Assembly: GCA_021787535.1 (NCBI GenBank)
Contig: JAJYLR010000001.1
Span: 556,321-620,320, forward strand
Reading direction: 5' to 3'
DNA length: 64,000 bases
From: a bacterium
Lineage (GTDB): Bacteria > Patescibacteriota > CPR2 > UBA1875 > JAJYID01
In this document: positions 30,579 to 41,826 of the stretch, piece after piece
How the letters are laid out: the number at the start of each line of letters is the position of its first letter
How positions within the stretch are numbered: the stretch's first letter is position 1
Position numbers and translations under genes: made by a program
The notes under the pieces: model-generated
Database searches by the model: none
Seen by the model: only the letters and a program-made list of their open reading frames with translations
What the model was told of the DNA's origin: nothing

Positions 30579-31232
30579 CTACTGAGACACAAATTTATTG
30601 TCTTTGATTGTAAACCGCCAAAGCTTATCGCGGTAAATGTCGGCATAGTCTATGCCAATGCGTTTTGAGGTTTCGATTTTAAATTTATTAAAGAAAGAGA
30701 TTCCTCCACTCGTCGCTCTGCGAAGTCGGTCGGAATGACAGAGAAAAGGATCCTCAACCCAAACGCGATCTGAATCCGTAATGTCTTCATCGTAGAATGT
30801 TTTATCCAGATTAAGGGCGGCGCACAGTTTACCCGGCCCTTTCATGAAATCTTTGTCCGAGCGAACCCGGCCGAAATTTCTTAAATTTTCTCTGGCAAAT
30901 TCAATTCCGCCAACCGGTTCAAGGGCGCGGATTAAAACTGCCTCCGGCACATGTTCCTTTGCAGTTACAATATTGAAGTTATAGTACATCCCATAAATCA
31001 GATAGATGTAAATATGGCCGGCTGCACCATACATGACTTTGTTGCGCTCGGTTTTGCCATTACGCGCGTGGCAAGCCAGGTCTTCTTCGCCGACATAGGC
31101 TTCAGTCTCGACAATTTTGCCGCTAATAATACCTTGATCGGTTTTTCTGACTAATATTTTACCTAGGAGTTCCGGCGCCACCTCTAGCACCGGCCGCTCA
31201 AAGAATGTTCGATCCAATTTTGAATTTTGCAT
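30579..31232 (-). CDS. mpg: DNA-3-methyladenine glycosylase (MPG/AAG family)
   Basis: IVETEAY, YIYLIYG, VLIRALEP, GPGKL and RIGI motifs. Confidence 0.95.
   Translation of the reverse strand: MQNSKLDRTFFERPVLEVAPELLGKILVRKTDQGIISGKIVETEAYVGEEDLACHARNGKTERNKVMYGAAGHIYIYLIYGMYYNFNIVTAKEHVPEAVLIRALEPVGGIEFARENLRNFGRVRSDKDFMKGPGKLCAALNLDKTFYDEDITDSDRVWVEDPFLCHSDRLRRATSGGISFFNKFKIETSKRIGIDYADIYRDKLWRFTIKDNKFVSQ
30699..30740 (-). repeat. In-frame REP-like repeat inside mpg (encodes CHSDRLRRATSGGI)
   Basis: 37/42 nt identical to intergenic 25672-25713. Confidence 0.92.
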
Positions 31233-31248
31233 TTTTAATTTTGAATTG

Positions 31249-32166
31249 TTAAAGATATCTTACCTCTGGTTCCAGTTCAATCCCAAATTTATCGAAAACC
31301 TCTCTTTTAACCTCTTCTGCCAGCTTTTTGATATCATCGGCTGTGGCATTGCCTTTATTTATTAGAAAGTTTGCATGAGTATTTGACACCTCGGCGTCCC
31401 CAATACTCATACCTTTACCTCCTACATCTTCGATTAATTTGCTTGCAGGTATTTTCCCGTTTATTTCCCACTCTAAGATTTTATCCAGAGTTTCTTTAGA
31501 CAAACCATTGACATCCACATTTTTAAAATAACTTCCACAAGATCTGCCTACAGGATGTTTACCGCTTCTCTTTAATAAAATTTCCCTAACCCTATTGCCA
31601 ACATCATGGGGTTTGGATTTTTGAAGAATAATATCGGCCCCAAGAATAATCCCTTGCATCTTTTTAAAACTACTATCCCTATATGAAAAATCGAGATCTT
31701 CCTTGGAAATTTGCCGAATCCCGTTTTTATCCATAAATTCCACTGATTCTATAATATCATCAAGCGACTTTCCCCAAGCTCCGGCATTTCCCAGAATAGC
31801 ACCTCCAAAGCTCCCCGGAATTCCCGCCAGAAACTCCACCCCAGCCAGGCCTTCCTGTACTGTATACTTCATAAGTTCTGCCGTAGAAGTACCGGACTCT
31901 ACGTGAAGATTATCACCAGACCGCCCGATACCTTTAGATCTATTTACAATGACAAGTCCTTTATATCCGCTATCGGAAATCAAGACATTGCTGCCCTTAC
32001 CCAAAATCACATAAAAAATATGTTTTTCTTTTGCAAAATTTAATGCGTCTATCAAATCCTGTCTGCTTTCTGCAATAACTAAGTAGCGAGCTTTACCGCC
32101 GATATAGTATGTATTATATTTTTTGAGATCAATATTATTTTCTGGTTTCAGCATGTTCTGTGCCAT
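31249..32166 (-). CDS. murB: UDP-N-acetylenolpyruvoylglucosamine reductase
   Basis: GKGSNVL, GIPGSFGG, NAGA, GSYFKN and HANFLIN motifs. Confidence 0.96.
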   Translation of the reverse strand: MAQNMLKPENNIDLKKYNTYYIGGKARYLVIAESRQDLIDALNFAKEKHIFYVILGKGSNVLISDSGYKGLVIVNRSKGIGRSGDNLHVESGTSTAELMKYTVQEGLAGVEFLAGIPGSFGGAILGNAGAWGKSLDDIIESVEFMDKNGIRQISKEDLDFSYRDSSFKKMQGIILGADIILQKSKPHDVGNRVREILLKRSGKHPVGRSCGSYFKNVDVNGLSKETLDKILEWEINGKIPASKLIEDVGGKGMSIGDAEVSNTHANFLINKGNATADDIKKLAEEVKREVFDKFGIELEPEVRYL

Positions 32167-33088
32167 TCATTTTTGAGAAATACATCTTGCCGGCCGGGGT
32201 CTGTAAAATCCTTGTAATAGTCACATCAAGTTTCTTGCCGACAGATTTTCCGCCTTTTTCGACAACAATCATCGTTCCATCCGGCAAATATCCGACACCT
32301 TGTGTTTTGTCTTTTCCGAGCTGGATAATTTTCAAGTTCAGCTTTTCGCCTGGGATAATGATCGGCTTTATTGCCTCAGAGAGTTCATTGATATTCAAAA
32401 CCCTGACTCCCTGAATTTTTGCAACTTTGTTAAGATTATAATCTGTTGTGAGAATAATGGCATCCTTTTGCTTGGCAAGTTTGACTATCTTCGCATCCAC
32501 TTCCTGAATATCTTTCGCATCCTCGCTAGAGATCTCAAGCCGTACCCCTTTTTCTTTTTTCAGAGTGTCCAGGATTTCAAGACCGCGTTTGCCTTTTTCC
32601 CGTCTTAGGTTATCGCTTGAATCAGCGATGTTCTGGAGTTCATGCAATACAAATCTGAAAAGCAGAAACCTCCCTGTGAGAAATCCGGTTTTTACCACTT
32701 CTAAAAACCTTCCGTCAATGATGGCTGAAGTATCAAGCACTATTTTATTTTTCTCTTTGCTTTTAACAGTTTCTTCGAACTTGGGTATCTTCACCAGTTT
32801 TAAAAGGTCGGTAAAGAACTTTTCTATTCCCTCTGTTTTTGCATAGAAAAGATAAAGCGATGCAACGACACAGATAGTCGTTACTGTCACCGGAACCCAA
32901 ATGCCAAAGTCGCCCGGCAGTTTTTGGAATGGTAAGGAGATTAGTGCTCCTATAATAAGTCCTATGATAATTGCTGGTATGCCGATAAAAATCCTCTTTG
33001 CCGGCATGGAAACAAAAATTCTTGTGGCAAAAATGCCTCCAAAAACTAAGGCGAGAAGAACCAAAAGCAAAACCGTGTTTGCTGCCAT
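32135..33088 (-). CDS. PIN/TRAM domain membrane protein (YacL-like)
   Basis: N-terminal TMs; LDTSAIIDGR, DYNLNKVA and QGVGYLPDGTMIVVE; next to radA. Confidence 0.93.
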   Translation of the reverse strand: MAANTVLLLVLLALVFGGIFATRIFVSMPAKRIFIGIPAIIIGLIIGALISLPFQKLPGDFGIWVPVTVTTICVVASLYLFYAKTEGIEKFFTDLLKLVKIPKFEETVKSKEKNKIVLDTSAIIDGRFLEVVKTGFLTGRFLLFRFVLHELQNIADSSDNLRREKGKRGLEILDTLKKEKGVRLEISSEDAKDIQEVDAKIVKLAKQKDAIILTTDYNLNKVAKIQGVRVLNINELSEAIKPIIIPGEKLNLKIIQLGKDKTQGVGYLPDGTMIVVEKGGKSVGKKLDVTITRILQTPAGKMYFSKMNGTEHAETRK

Positions 33089-33116
33089 TTGATTAATCCT
33101 TTTTATTTATAAGGTG

Positions 33117-34457
33117 CTACTCAAGCGCTGCTTTAATGGCTTCTTTAACGTTCGCTGCTTTTATAATTTTAATCTTGTTTGAGGTGAGTTTCGTATTTTT
33201 CGGTATAATGACCGCCTTGAAGCCGAGTTTTGCTACTTCCTTGATCCGCGCTTCTATATTATCCACATTTCTTACCTCTCCTGCAAGACCTATTTCTCCA
33301 AAGACAGCCATATCTTTTTTTACCGGCTTGTTTTTATAGGCAGAGGCCACAGCGAGCGCTACCGCCAGATCCAGAGCCGGCTCTCTGATATTCAAGCCGC
33401 CGACAATATTGATAAAAACGTCCTGATTTGTCAGGTTAAGCCCTGCTCTTTTGGTCAGAACGGCAATTAGAAGCTGCAAACGGTTTAAATCCATCCCGCT
33501 AGCCGTTCTTTTGGGGTAACCAAAATTTGTTATAGAAGTAAGTGCCTGTATTTCAACGAGGAGCGGTCTAGTACCTTCCATTGTCGGAAATATCACGGTA
33601 CCTGACGCCGATTCTTCTCTCTCAGACAAAAGAATCTTTGACGGGTTCTCCACTTCGCGCATTCCGTCTTTTGCCATCTCATATATACCGGTTTCGTTCG
33701 TGGAGCCGAAACGGTTTTTCATACCCCTCAAGATTCGAAAACCACCGTAACGGTTGCCTTCTAAATATAAGACAACGTCTACCAAATGCTCTAGCAGTCT
33801 GGGGCCGGCCAAGTTTCCTTCCTTGGTCACATGGCCGATGATAATAATAGCGATATGTTCGCTCTTTGCGGTTTCCATAAGCTTCTGAGCACAAACAGAT
33901 ACTTGTGAAACACTGCCGGCATTTCCCGGTATATCCTCGGAGTAAATCGTTTGAATAGAGTCGACAACTGCCACCTTCGGTTTCTCTGCCTTAATCTCCG
34001 CAATAATGGTCTCCACATTTGTTTCAGAAATCAAATATAACATCTCTGATGTAATCTGCAGTCTGGATGCCCTCATCCCAACTTGCCGTACCGACTCCTC
34101 TCCGCTTATATAAAGAACTTTTGCTTTATCGGCAATCCTGCCCGATATTTGCAAAATCAAAGTTGACTTTCCTATCCCCGGATCTCCACCAACGAGCACA
34201 AGCGAACCCGGCACTATTCCCGAACCGACTACTCGGTCAAACTCTGAAATCCCGCTGGCAAGACGCAAAAGATTTTCTTCTTTGGCATGTTTAATTGATT
34301 GGGCCTTTACAGTATGCTGCACTGTGTTTGAGCGGGATTTGGCGACCTGAGTTTCCGTCAGAGTATTCCATTCCCCGCAATTTGAACATTTCCCCTGCCA
34401 ACGCTCGAAAGCCGCCCCGCAAGCCGAACAAATAAACTGTGATTTAATCTTCGCCAT
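33117..34457 (-). CDS. radA: DNA repair protein RadA/Sms
   Basis: C4 zinc finger; GDPGIGKST and KNRFG motifs. Confidence 0.98.
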   Translation of the reverse strand: MAKIKSQFICSACGAAFERWQGKCSNCGEWNTLTETQVAKSRSNTVQHTVKAQSIKHAKEENLLRLASGISEFDRVVGSGIVPGSLVLVGGDPGIGKSTLILQISGRIADKAKVLYISGEESVRQVGMRASRLQITSEMLYLISETNVETIIAEIKAEKPKVAVVDSIQTIYSEDIPGNAGSVSQVSVCAQKLMETAKSEHIAIIIIGHVTKEGNLAGPRLLEHLVDVVLYLEGNRYGGFRILRGMKNRFGSTNETGIYEMAKDGMREVENPSKILLSEREESASGTVIFPTMEGTRPLLVEIQALTSITNFGYPKRTASGMDLNRLQLLIAVLTKRAGLNLTNQDVFINIVGGLNIREPALDLAVALAVASAYKNKPVKKDMAVFGEIGLAGEVRNVDNIEARIKEVAKLGFKAVIIPKNTKLTSNKIKIIKAANVKEAIKAALE

Positions 34458-34460
34458 ATC

Positions 34461-35033
34461 TTATTCTACCTCTATATCTAAGTGTGACAAAAGCCCTATC
34501 ACTTGCGGAAATGTAAACCTTGCTCTTTTAATATTATTAAGATTTGGATTAATTTGATAATTACTTGCATGAGATAGATTAGCACCAGTTATTTTCGTAT
34601 TTGAAAAAATGCTTTCAGAAAAATCAGTACCAGTGAGAGAAGATTCTGACAAATCAGTATCTGTGAAATCACAATCCCTCGCTTCGCAATTTTCGATCTT
34701 AATTTTTTTCCAATTTAACCCCGAAAATATCGAATGATTAAGTTTGCATTCCTTAAAACTGATATCCAAAAACATTTTTGAACTTTTTGTCCAATCAATG
34801 CCAACCAGTTTTGAAGACTGAAATACCACATCCGTAAAACGACAGTTCATTAGCTTACTTAAGCTAAAATCACAATTCTTAAAAAGACAATCTTCAAAAC
34901 TGGTTTCGTTAAAAACTAATTCATTAAAATAACAATTAGAAAACTGACATTTTATAAAAGCTTTATTTTTGAGTGTTTGATCTTTAAATGAGATTTTGTG
35001 AAAGTTTTCTTTTTCAGATATTTCCATGTCCAT
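34461..35033 (-). CDS. Pentapeptide repeat protein
   Basis: Repeating (C/S)xF/L pentapeptides. Confidence 0.9.
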   Translation of the reverse strand: MDMEISEKENFHKISFKDQTLKNKAFIKCQFSNCYFNELVFNETSFEDCLFKNCDFSLSKLMNCRFTDVVFQSSKLVGIDWTKSSKMFLDISFKECKLNHSIFSGLNWKKIKIENCEARDCDFTDTDLSESSLTGTDFSESIFSNTKITGANLSHASNYQINPNLNNIKRARFTFPQVIGLLSHLDIEVE

Positions 35034-35078
35034 ATCTCAAGAATACGAAATACAGAGAATGAAAACAAGTAGACAAAA

Positions 35079-35351
35079 CTAGTTTTTTGCCGGAACTTTT
35101 CGGTATTTATATATAAGAGCAATATTTGAACCAACAACTAACATTGAGAGGCCATTTGTAAGAATCAGCGGCAAATCTTTGATATGAAAACCATAATAAA
35201 GCCAAAGAACTTCTGCGATTATCAGGATGAAGAACATTCCTAAAGACAAATCCTCAACTTCTTTTGTTTTTGTTATCTTAATTAGTTGAGGCAGAGTTGT
35301 AAAAATAATCATAGCTCCGGCAACCATTGCAATTGTTTGATATATATCCAT
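35079..35351 (-). CDS. SemiSWEET/PQ-loop family transporter
   Basis: LPQ motif, WLYYG motif, three TMs, 90 aa. Confidence 0.88.
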   Translation of the reverse strand: MDIYQTIAMVAGAMIIFTTLPQLIKITKTKEVEDLSLGMFFILIIAEVLWLYYGFHIKDLPLILTNGLSMLVVGSNIALIYKYRKVPAKN

Positions 35352-35421
35352 AAAGATATCCTACCACATAAAAAGCCTTCTTTCGAAGACTTTTTATTGT
35401 TTAATCCCTATACCTAATACT

Positions 35422-37956
35422 CTATACTGTCCTTGCCTTGCCTCGGCCGGTTTTTACTTCAAGCACATAAAACTGAAGCGAGTCTTCCATTTTCATAACA
35501 GAGATCAGATCGCCTTCTTTGAATTTGCCGGAAAGCATGCCTTCGGCAAGCGGAGATTCTACATAGTTTTCTATAGCCCGCCTCATCGGCCTTGCGCCAT
35601 TTTCGACATCATAGCCCTTTTCCATCAGAAATTTCTTGGCGCTTTCGGAAACTTTGATTACGATATTTTTCTCTTTCAATCTGTCCCCGAGTTCCTTCAG
35701 TTGAAGATTGACAATTTGTTTGACATCCTTTTTTGACAGGGCTTTGAAAACTACAATTTTATCGATACGGTTAATAAACTCCGGCCTGAACTTCGTCTTT
35801 ACTATGTCCAGTACTTCTTCGCTGATTTTCTTATGCAGCATTTCAAGCTCTTTCTCCTCAGTCCCGCTTACGGCGTTAAACCCAAGTTTTGCGGTCCTAA
35901 ACATTTTCTCAGCCCCGACATTTGAGGTCATGATAATGATGGTATTTTTAAAGTCAACCTTTAACCCTTTGGCATCGGAAAGATAGCCGTCTTCCATGAT
36001 CTGCAGGAACATGTTGAAGACATCCGGATGGGCTTTTTCTATTTCATCAAGCAAAATGACTGAATACGGCTTGCGCCTGACGATTTCCGTCAGCTGGCCG
36101 GCTTCCTCATAACCGACATAACCGGCCGGCGCGCCGATCAGCCGGGCTACATTATGCTTTTCCATAAATTCGCTCATATCCAGTTTTATGAGCATATCCT
36201 CGGAGTTAAACATTTCCGCTGCCAGAGCTTTCGCCAGTTCGGTCTTTCCTACACCGGTAGGACCTAAGAAAATGAATGTGCCGATCGGTTTTTTCTCATT
36301 TGATATGCCGGTTCTGGCCCGCCTGATAGCTGCCGCTACTTCATGAATCGCCTCATCCTGACCGATAATTCGTTTTTTTAGATTTCTTTCCATATTCAGA
36401 AGACTTTCACTCTCTTTTTTGACTAACCGGGTAATAGGAATGCCGGTCGTGATTGCTACAACTTCTGCAATATTTTCTGAGGTAATCTCCGGTTCCTGAT
36501 ATTCTTTGGTAATCTTCTTCAGATTGCGAATCTTTGCCTCCAGAAGCTCTTCTTTCTGCTTATACTCAGCCGCTATGATATATTTCGCCCCGATAACCGC
36601 GTCTTCTTTTTTGCCCACCACGTTTTTCAGCTCTTTTTCGAGTTCTTTCAGAGTTTTGGAAGGATTTTTGCCGGTTTTGATTTTTAAAAGACTGGCCGCT
36701 TCATCTATTAGATCAATAGCTTTATCCGGCAAAAACCTGTCTGAGATGTAGCGTTTAGAAAGTTTCACGGCTGATTCAAGCGCCTCATCGCTAATTTTGA
36801 CCTTATGATAATCTTCGTAACTATTTCTGATGCCTTTCAAAATCTGCAAAGTTTCTTCGGGAGTCGGTTCGGTCAGAGTCACCGGCTGAAAGCGCCTCTC
36901 AAGAGCGGCATCTTTTTCGATGTACTTTCTGTAGTCATCAAATGTAGTTGCGCCGATCACCTGAATTTCTCCCCGCGACAGCGCCGGCTTTAAAATATTT
37001 GCCGCATCTATTGCCCCTTCGGCCGCACCGGCGCCAACAATGGTATGGATTTCATCGATGAAAAGAACTATTTCCTTGTTGGTTTTTAAATTCTCAACAA
37101 TTTTCTTCAGCCGTTCTTCGAACTCGCCCCGATACTTAGTCCCCGCAATGACGCTTGCCATATCCAGCATTAAGATTTTTTTGCCGATAAGCTGTTCCGG
37201 AACTTTTTCTGCAATAATTCTTTGAGCGAGGCCTTCAACTAACGCCGTTTTGCCTACTCCCGGTTCACCGATAAGCACCGGGTTGTTTTTAGTTCTGCGG
37301 TTTAGAATGGAGATCACCCGGGAAATTTCTTTTTCCCTGCCGACTATGGGATCAAATTCTTTATTCCTTGCTTTTTCTGTAAAATCAACGCTGTAAGATT
37401 CTAGAGCTTTGTCCCCATTTGCGCTTTGCCTGCCCATATACCCTCTGCTCGGCCCATTCATCGGCTGATCAACTGTAAAATCTTCACCATAAGCCGCCAT
37501 GTTCTCACCCGAGGCCCGTTCCAGAAATCTATCCAGTTCACTTGATAAGGCCACTACTCCTACACTGCTTTTTTTCAACGCTTCGTAGGCCTTTGATCTT
37601 TTATCCATCAGAAGCGCCCTTAAAATATGCTCGGTGCCGATGTAGTTGGACTGATAATTCTTACCGAGACCCATAGCCACTTCTAAGGAATTTTTTGCGG
37701 TTTCAGTTAAGGTAGCTAAAGTACTTTGCGTTTGGATCTCATTGCCAATATGGCCCATTGAGAATTTCTCTTTTTCACCCAGAAAGCCCTGGCTTTTCAA
37801 AAGGCGCGAACCGACTGAGTCGCTCACAAGGAAAATTCCCAGCAAAATATCATCGGTATCAATGTCTGACTTTTTTGCCTTTGCTATCTCCTGAGCATTC
37901 AGCAAACTTTGTTTAGCATTGCTTGTAAATCTCGCAAAAAGATTGAATTTTTCCAT
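35422..37956 (-). CDS. clpC: ATP-dependent Clp protease ATP-binding subunit
   Basis: Clp-N repeats; GEPGVGKT and GPTGVGKT Walker A motifs; start at 37956 with GGGGG RBS. Confidence 0.93.
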   Translation of the reverse strand: MEKFNLFARFTSNAKQSLLNAQEIAKAKKSDIDTDDILLGIFLVSDSVGSRLLKSQGFLGEKEKFSMGHIGNEIQTQSTLATLTETAKNSLEVAMGLGKNYQSNYIGTEHILRALLMDKRSKAYEALKKSSVGVVALSSELDRFLERASGENMAAYGEDFTVDQPMNGPSRGYMGRQSANGDKALESYSVDFTEKARNKEFDPIVGREKEISRVISILNRRTKNNPVLIGEPGVGKTALVEGLAQRIIAEKVPEQLIGKKILMLDMASVIAGTKYRGEFEERLKKIVENLKTNKEIVLFIDEIHTIVGAGAAEGAIDAANILKPALSRGEIQVIGATTFDDYRKYIEKDAALERRFQPVTLTEPTPEETLQILKGIRNSYEDYHKVKISDEALESAVKLSKRYISDRFLPDKAIDLIDEAASLLKIKTGKNPSKTLKELEKELKNVVGKKEDAVIGAKYIIAAEYKQKEELLEAKIRNLKKITKEYQEPEITSENIAEVVAITTGIPITRLVKKESESLLNMERNLKKRIIGQDEAIHEVAAAIRRARTGISNEKKPIGTFIFLGPTGVGKTELAKALAAEMFNSEDMLIKLDMSEFMEKHNVARLIGAPAGYVGYEEAGQLTEIVRRKPYSVILLDEIEKAHPDVFNMFLQIMEDGYLSDAKGLKVDFKNTIIIMTSNVGAEKMFRTAKLGFNAVSGTEEKELEMLHKKISEEVLDIVKTKFRPEFINRIDKIVVFKALSKKDVKQIVNLQLKELGDRLKEKNIVIKVSESAKKFLMEKGYDVENGARPMRRAIENYVESPLAEGMLSGKFKEGDLISVMKMEDSLQFYVLEVKTGRGKARTV

Positions 37957-38018
37957 TTGTCCCCCTTTCTTACTTATGAAGCCCATATCAACTTCAAAAG
38001 AATTTTAAAATCCTGCAA

Positions 38019-39506
38019 TTATTTATTTTCACTCGATGACTCTTGTTTTTCTTCTTGGCCTAATACATCTTCAACGCTCTGCTCATCTGCTTCTTCTGTA
38101 TTCTCAATTTCCTTTTCTTTTTTTTCGCCATCGATAGGTTCACGGACATCTTTTACAATCTTAGATGGTTCTTCTGTGTTTTCCTGAGCAGGATTCTCTG
38201 TCTTTTCGGACGGCTCAGCTTGTTCATTTTTTGGTTTTTCAGCCGCTTCCTTATCCTCTTCCTCCTGTTTGTCCGGCGCAGCTTCTTTATTATCAGAATT
38301 TTCAATAGATGTTGCAGAGACAGTTTCTCCTTCCTTGCTTTGTTGTTCATCCGCTTTATCCTCTGGCTTTTCCTCATCACCTTGAGAAGCAATATTCTTG
38401 ATAATCTCATCTTCGAGATCAGCTGCTCTCTTCGGTTTTACTTCCTCGGCTGCTGCCTGAACACCTTCTACCCCGGACTCATCTGCGCCGGCAATGTCAA
38501 CATTCCAACCGGTTAGTTTAGCTGCCAGCCGAACATTCTGGCCTTTTTTGCCGATAGCAAGCGAAAGCTGGTCTTCAGGTACTTTGACGATTGCTTTCTT
38601 TTCTTTTTCGTCGATCTGAACATCCACAACTTTCGCCGGCGATAAAGCGTTTATGATATAAGTTTGAATATCCGGATCCCAGAGGATAATATCTATCTTT
38701 TCATCGCCTATCTCACTCATAACCGACTGGACTCTGCTTCCGCGCTGGCCAACGAGCGCACCGACCGGATCCAAACCTTCCTGATCGGTACTGACGGCAA
38801 TTTTAGTTCTCTCTCCGCCTTCTCTGGCAATGGATTTAATTTCAATAGTTCCGGCTAGGATTTCAGGCACTTCCATTTCAAAAAGTTTTCTAATCATATC
38901 CGGGTTTGATCTGGAAAGCACTATTTGCGGTCCACGCGCAGCGCTTTCGACTCTGAGAACAAAGACTTTAAACCTCTGTCCGGTGTAATAATGTTCGCCG
39001 GACATTTGCTCTGATTTATACAAAACTCCGGTAGCTTTCCCAAGATCTACGATCACAGTATCACCCTCAACTCTCTGGACTACACTATTAACTAGCTCGC
39101 CTTCTTTGTCTTTAAATTCTTCAAAAACCATATCACGCTCAGCTTCACGGATTCTTTGAATAATGACTTGTTTGGCGGTCTGGGCAGCTATCCGTCCAAA
39201 GTCTGCCGGAACATCCAAAATCTCAACGGTATCGCCTGCTTTAGCGCCTTTTTTGATTTTGTTTGCGTCAACCACGTTTATCTGAGTGAATCTGTCTTCT
39301 ACTGTATCAACGACTTCTTTAATAACGTAAACTTTAATGGCTCCGCTATCTTCCTCTATCTCAACTTTAACTTCCTGATCTTTCGAGCCGTAATCTTTTT
39401 TATAGGCGCTAGCCAAGGCCGCCTTGACTGTTTCCATGACAACATCGCGAGAAAGGTTTTTCTCGTCGCATATTTGATCTATTGCCGCTGTAAATTTTGT
39501 TTGCAT
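38019..39506 (-). CDS. nusA: Transcription factor NusA with long acidic C-terminal tail
   Basis: [12 protein letters not shown] and [12 protein letters not shown] motifs. Confidence 0.97.
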   Translation of the reverse strand: MQTKFTAAIDQICDEKNLSRDVVMETVKAALASAYKKDYGSKDQEVKVEIEEDSGAIKVYVIKEVVDTVEDRFTQINVVDANKIKKGAKAGDTVEILDVPADFGRIAAQTAKQVIIQRIREAERDMVFEEFKDKEGELVNSVVQRVEGDTVIVDLGKATGVLYKSEQMSGEHYYTGQRFKVFVLRVESAARGPQIVLSRSNPDMIRKLFEMEVPEILAGTIEIKSIAREGGERTKIAVSTDQEGLDPVGALVGQRGSRVQSVMSEIGDEKIDIILWDPDIQTYIINALSPAKVVDVQIDEKEKKAIVKVPEDQLSLAIGKKGQNVRLAAKLTGWNVDIAGADESGVEGVQAAAEEVKPKRAADLEDEIIKNIASQGDEEKPEDKADEQQSKEGETVSATSIENSDNKEAAPDKQEEEDKEAAEKPKNEQAEPSEKTENPAQENTEEPSKIVKDVREPIDGEKKEKEIENTEEADEQSVEDVLGQEEKQESSSENK

Positions 39507-39792
39507 TTTTTCTCCATCCCCATTTCCGGTATTTATAATAACCGGTTTCATATTTAGTTGTTATTTAATTGTTTAATTATACTAATGTATCCGCTTTAAA
39601 ATTACTCTGTATAGATACCTGATTCAACTGACATTTCACCAAAAAACAAGCTCATTTTTGCATATCAAGACTATAAAAGCCGGAAAACTTCCGACCTGTT
39701 AGTATTATAGATGAGACAAATATGAATGTCAAGCTGGAATCTCATAACCCAAAATCTCCATAACTAAAAGAAGCGGTAAAGTCCTAATCAGC

Positions 39793-39890
39793 AATTTCCA
39801 ATTCCCATTCAATATCCAATGTTTTAATTTTAGATTTTTTAAATTTAGATTTGATTGGAAATTAGATATTGGTAATTGGTAATTGAAATT
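39793..39890. repeat. Inverted pair of heptamer repeat tracts
   Basis: aatttccaattccc...gattggaaattagatattggtaattggtaattgaaatt. Confidence 0.75.
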
Positions 39891-40344
39891 ACCACTTTCC
39901 ATGCTCAACTTTTCCGGAATTAAGCGTATTAAGCCGCCTTTTTGTCGCCGGCGAGACATTTTCAGGTAAGCTGTTTAAAGGGAAAAAAGAAAACCGATCA
40001 ATTTCAGGGCTATCCGGCCTTTTACTCAGCCGAAAATCATCAATATAAAAAAGCGATATGTGGTCGTTTTTGAATTCGGTTTTGTTTTCGTACTCGCCGA
40101 TCAGGTGGCACTTCAAAACCTCTATTCCCGTCTCTTCTTTCAGTTCACGCTTTACAGTTTCCTCCGCTGTCTCTCCTCTTTTAATGCCGCCGCCGGGAAT
40201 CGTAAACTGCCTGGAATAGGTAGTTTTGACAAGCAGAATTTTCCCATCGTCAATTAGAAGACCTTTGGCGCCAAATGTACTAGGGCGAAAGATAAACCAA
40301 TATATCTTCCTCAAAAACCCGGCAACTTTATAAACGGTTTTCAT
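39889..40344 (-). CDS. NUDIX hydrolase
   Basis: GGGIKRGETAEETVKRELKEETG Nudix box. Confidence 0.93.
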   Translation of the reverse strand: MKTVYKVAGFLRKIYWFIFRPSTFGAKGLLIDDGKILLVKTTYSRQFTIPGGGIKRGETAEETVKRELKEETGIEVLKCHLIGEYENKTEFKNDHISLFYIDDFRLSKRPDSPEIDRFSFFPLNSLPENVSPATKRRLNTLNSGKVEHGKW

Positions 40345-40377
40345 AGTTACTAATTATTCAAAGTAATGCTTAATAGC

Positions 40378-41418
40378 TTAATTAAATCTTAATTTACCTT
40401 TATAAACTTCTATGTTTTTAAAATTACCTAAGGATATTATATTTGAATCAATTTCTTTCAAAGATCCGAATATTTCTTTATACTGGTTCTGCGACACAAC
40501 TCTCATAACTATTTTGTCTCCCCTATCTTCCAAGACACCTCTACCACTCCAGAAATCTACTGTCGAAGCATAGGTCGAGCCAAGAGTCAGCCAATTATCA
40601 AAATTTTCATTGCAAAGCCCCCAAGATAAAACTAAGGGGATATGGTTGTCGCCAACAAAATAATCTCCCCGAAAATCAAAGTCAACTTCATAGTAGAGCT
40701 CATTGATTATCTTCGACTTCTCGATTCTTTCTTGGCGTTCTTTCTCATTTAGCCCAGTCAGATCCTCTTTGCCATCCCACAAGATACACTTTGGCGAACG
40801 ATGCAGACGATACTCCTTTTCCTCCTTGGGTAGTTTCTGCCAGTTCTTTTTGGCTTCAGGGAATCTTTTCCTCACCTCTTGCAGAAGCTTTTCAGTATCA
40901 CACTGGTCCTGTGAACGAACATAATTTATTTTCAAATTGTCCGGAAAGTTCTTTGCGAAAACACCGATTAGTTTTTTGAAGCTTTTGGCATACTTATCCA
41001 GTGCTTCCTCTGGAAAGTTATCTATCATGGGCAAAATCACATCTTCCGATTCATAATCCAAGATCACGCCCGGTCTATGAACTGCTAATATTGGTGCGAC
41101 AAAGTCCAGCATAAATCTCAGATTAAAAAACTCAGCCCAGTCAACTTCGGGGTAAGAAGGATTCCAGAAGTGCTTATAACCGCCAAAGGCAACTATCAAA
41201 TACACGGGCTTATTATCATCAATGCTTTTTTGAATTTTCTCTAGAATATCTTTCCGAGTGTTTTCTTTGACCGAAGCTTTTCGAAATTTTTTGGCAGTTA
41301 TTTTGCCTGTAATCCACTCTGCCTTACCTTGATTTTTTATTTTTTTCTCATCATCGGGCAGTAAAGTATACTTTTTTAATTTTAATTGCTCTTCTAAAAA
41401 CTTACTATATTTGTCCAT
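40378..41418 (-). CDS. Hypothetical protein, possible distant PvcA/Dit1 (isocyanide synthase) family member
   Basis: The 346-aa ORF is clear. The segment PVYLIVAFGGYK...PEVDWAE...ILAVHRPGVILDYESED resembles the PvcA/Dit1 N-terminal pattern; function is tentative. Confidence 0.5.
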   Translation of the reverse strand: MDKYSKFLEEQLKLKKYTLLPDDEKKIKNQGKAEWITGKITAKKFRKASVKENTRKDILEKIQKSIDDNKPVYLIVAFGGYKHFWNPSYPEVDWAEFFNLRFMLDFVAPILAVHRPGVILDYESEDVILPMIDNFPEEALDKYAKSFKKLIGVFAKNFPDNLKINYVRSQDQCDTEKLLQEVRKRFPEAKKNWQKLPKEEKEYRLHRSPKCILWDGKEDLTGLNEKERQERIEKSKIINELYYEVDFDFRGDYFVGDNHIPLVLSWGLCNENFDNWLTLGSTYASTVDFWSGRGVLEDRGDKIVMRVVSQNQYKEIFGSLKEIDSNIISLGNFKNIEVYKGKLRFN

Positions 41419-41457
41419 TTGCGCCCTTTAAATATTATGCCTTTATTATAGCACAAA

Positions 41458-41826
41458 TCACTTATCTTCAACCGCATTTTTCAGCCACTCTATGTGTCCG
41501 CTTTCGTAATCGATGGATACGATATCTATCCGCCAATCCTGCTTTTCCGGATCTATGTCCTGTTCAATCAAATAATTCTTGGACGTTACAATAAGTTTTT
41601 TCTTTTTCTTCTCCGTGACCATCTCATATGGTTTTCCAAATCTTGAAGTATTTTTTGCCTTCACTTCGACAAAAATTAGTTGTTTTCCAGATTTGGCGAC
41701 AATATCTATCTCGCCAAATCTGGTGCGATAATTTCTCGTGACAATTTTAAGTTTGTTGTCTGATAAAAAATCACATGCCAGCTCTTCGCCTGATTGTCCG
41801 ATCAAGTGAGTATTAACCATTTGCAA
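41458..41826 (-). CDS. YraN family (UPF0102) nuclease-like protein
   Basis: GEIDIVA, FVEVK and RIDIV motifs; downstream of rnhB. Confidence 0.93.
   Translation of the reverse strand: MQMVNTHLIGQSGEELACDFLSDNKLKIVTRNYRTRFGEIDIVAKSGKQLIFVEVKAKNTSRFGKPYEMVTEKKKKKLIVTSKNYLIEQDIDPEKQDWRIDIVSIDYESGHIEWLKNAVEDK

Noticed and set aside
39729-39959. 76-aa ORF (and 61537-61725)
   Set aside because: These are translations of heptamer repeat tracts and are unlikely to be real genes.
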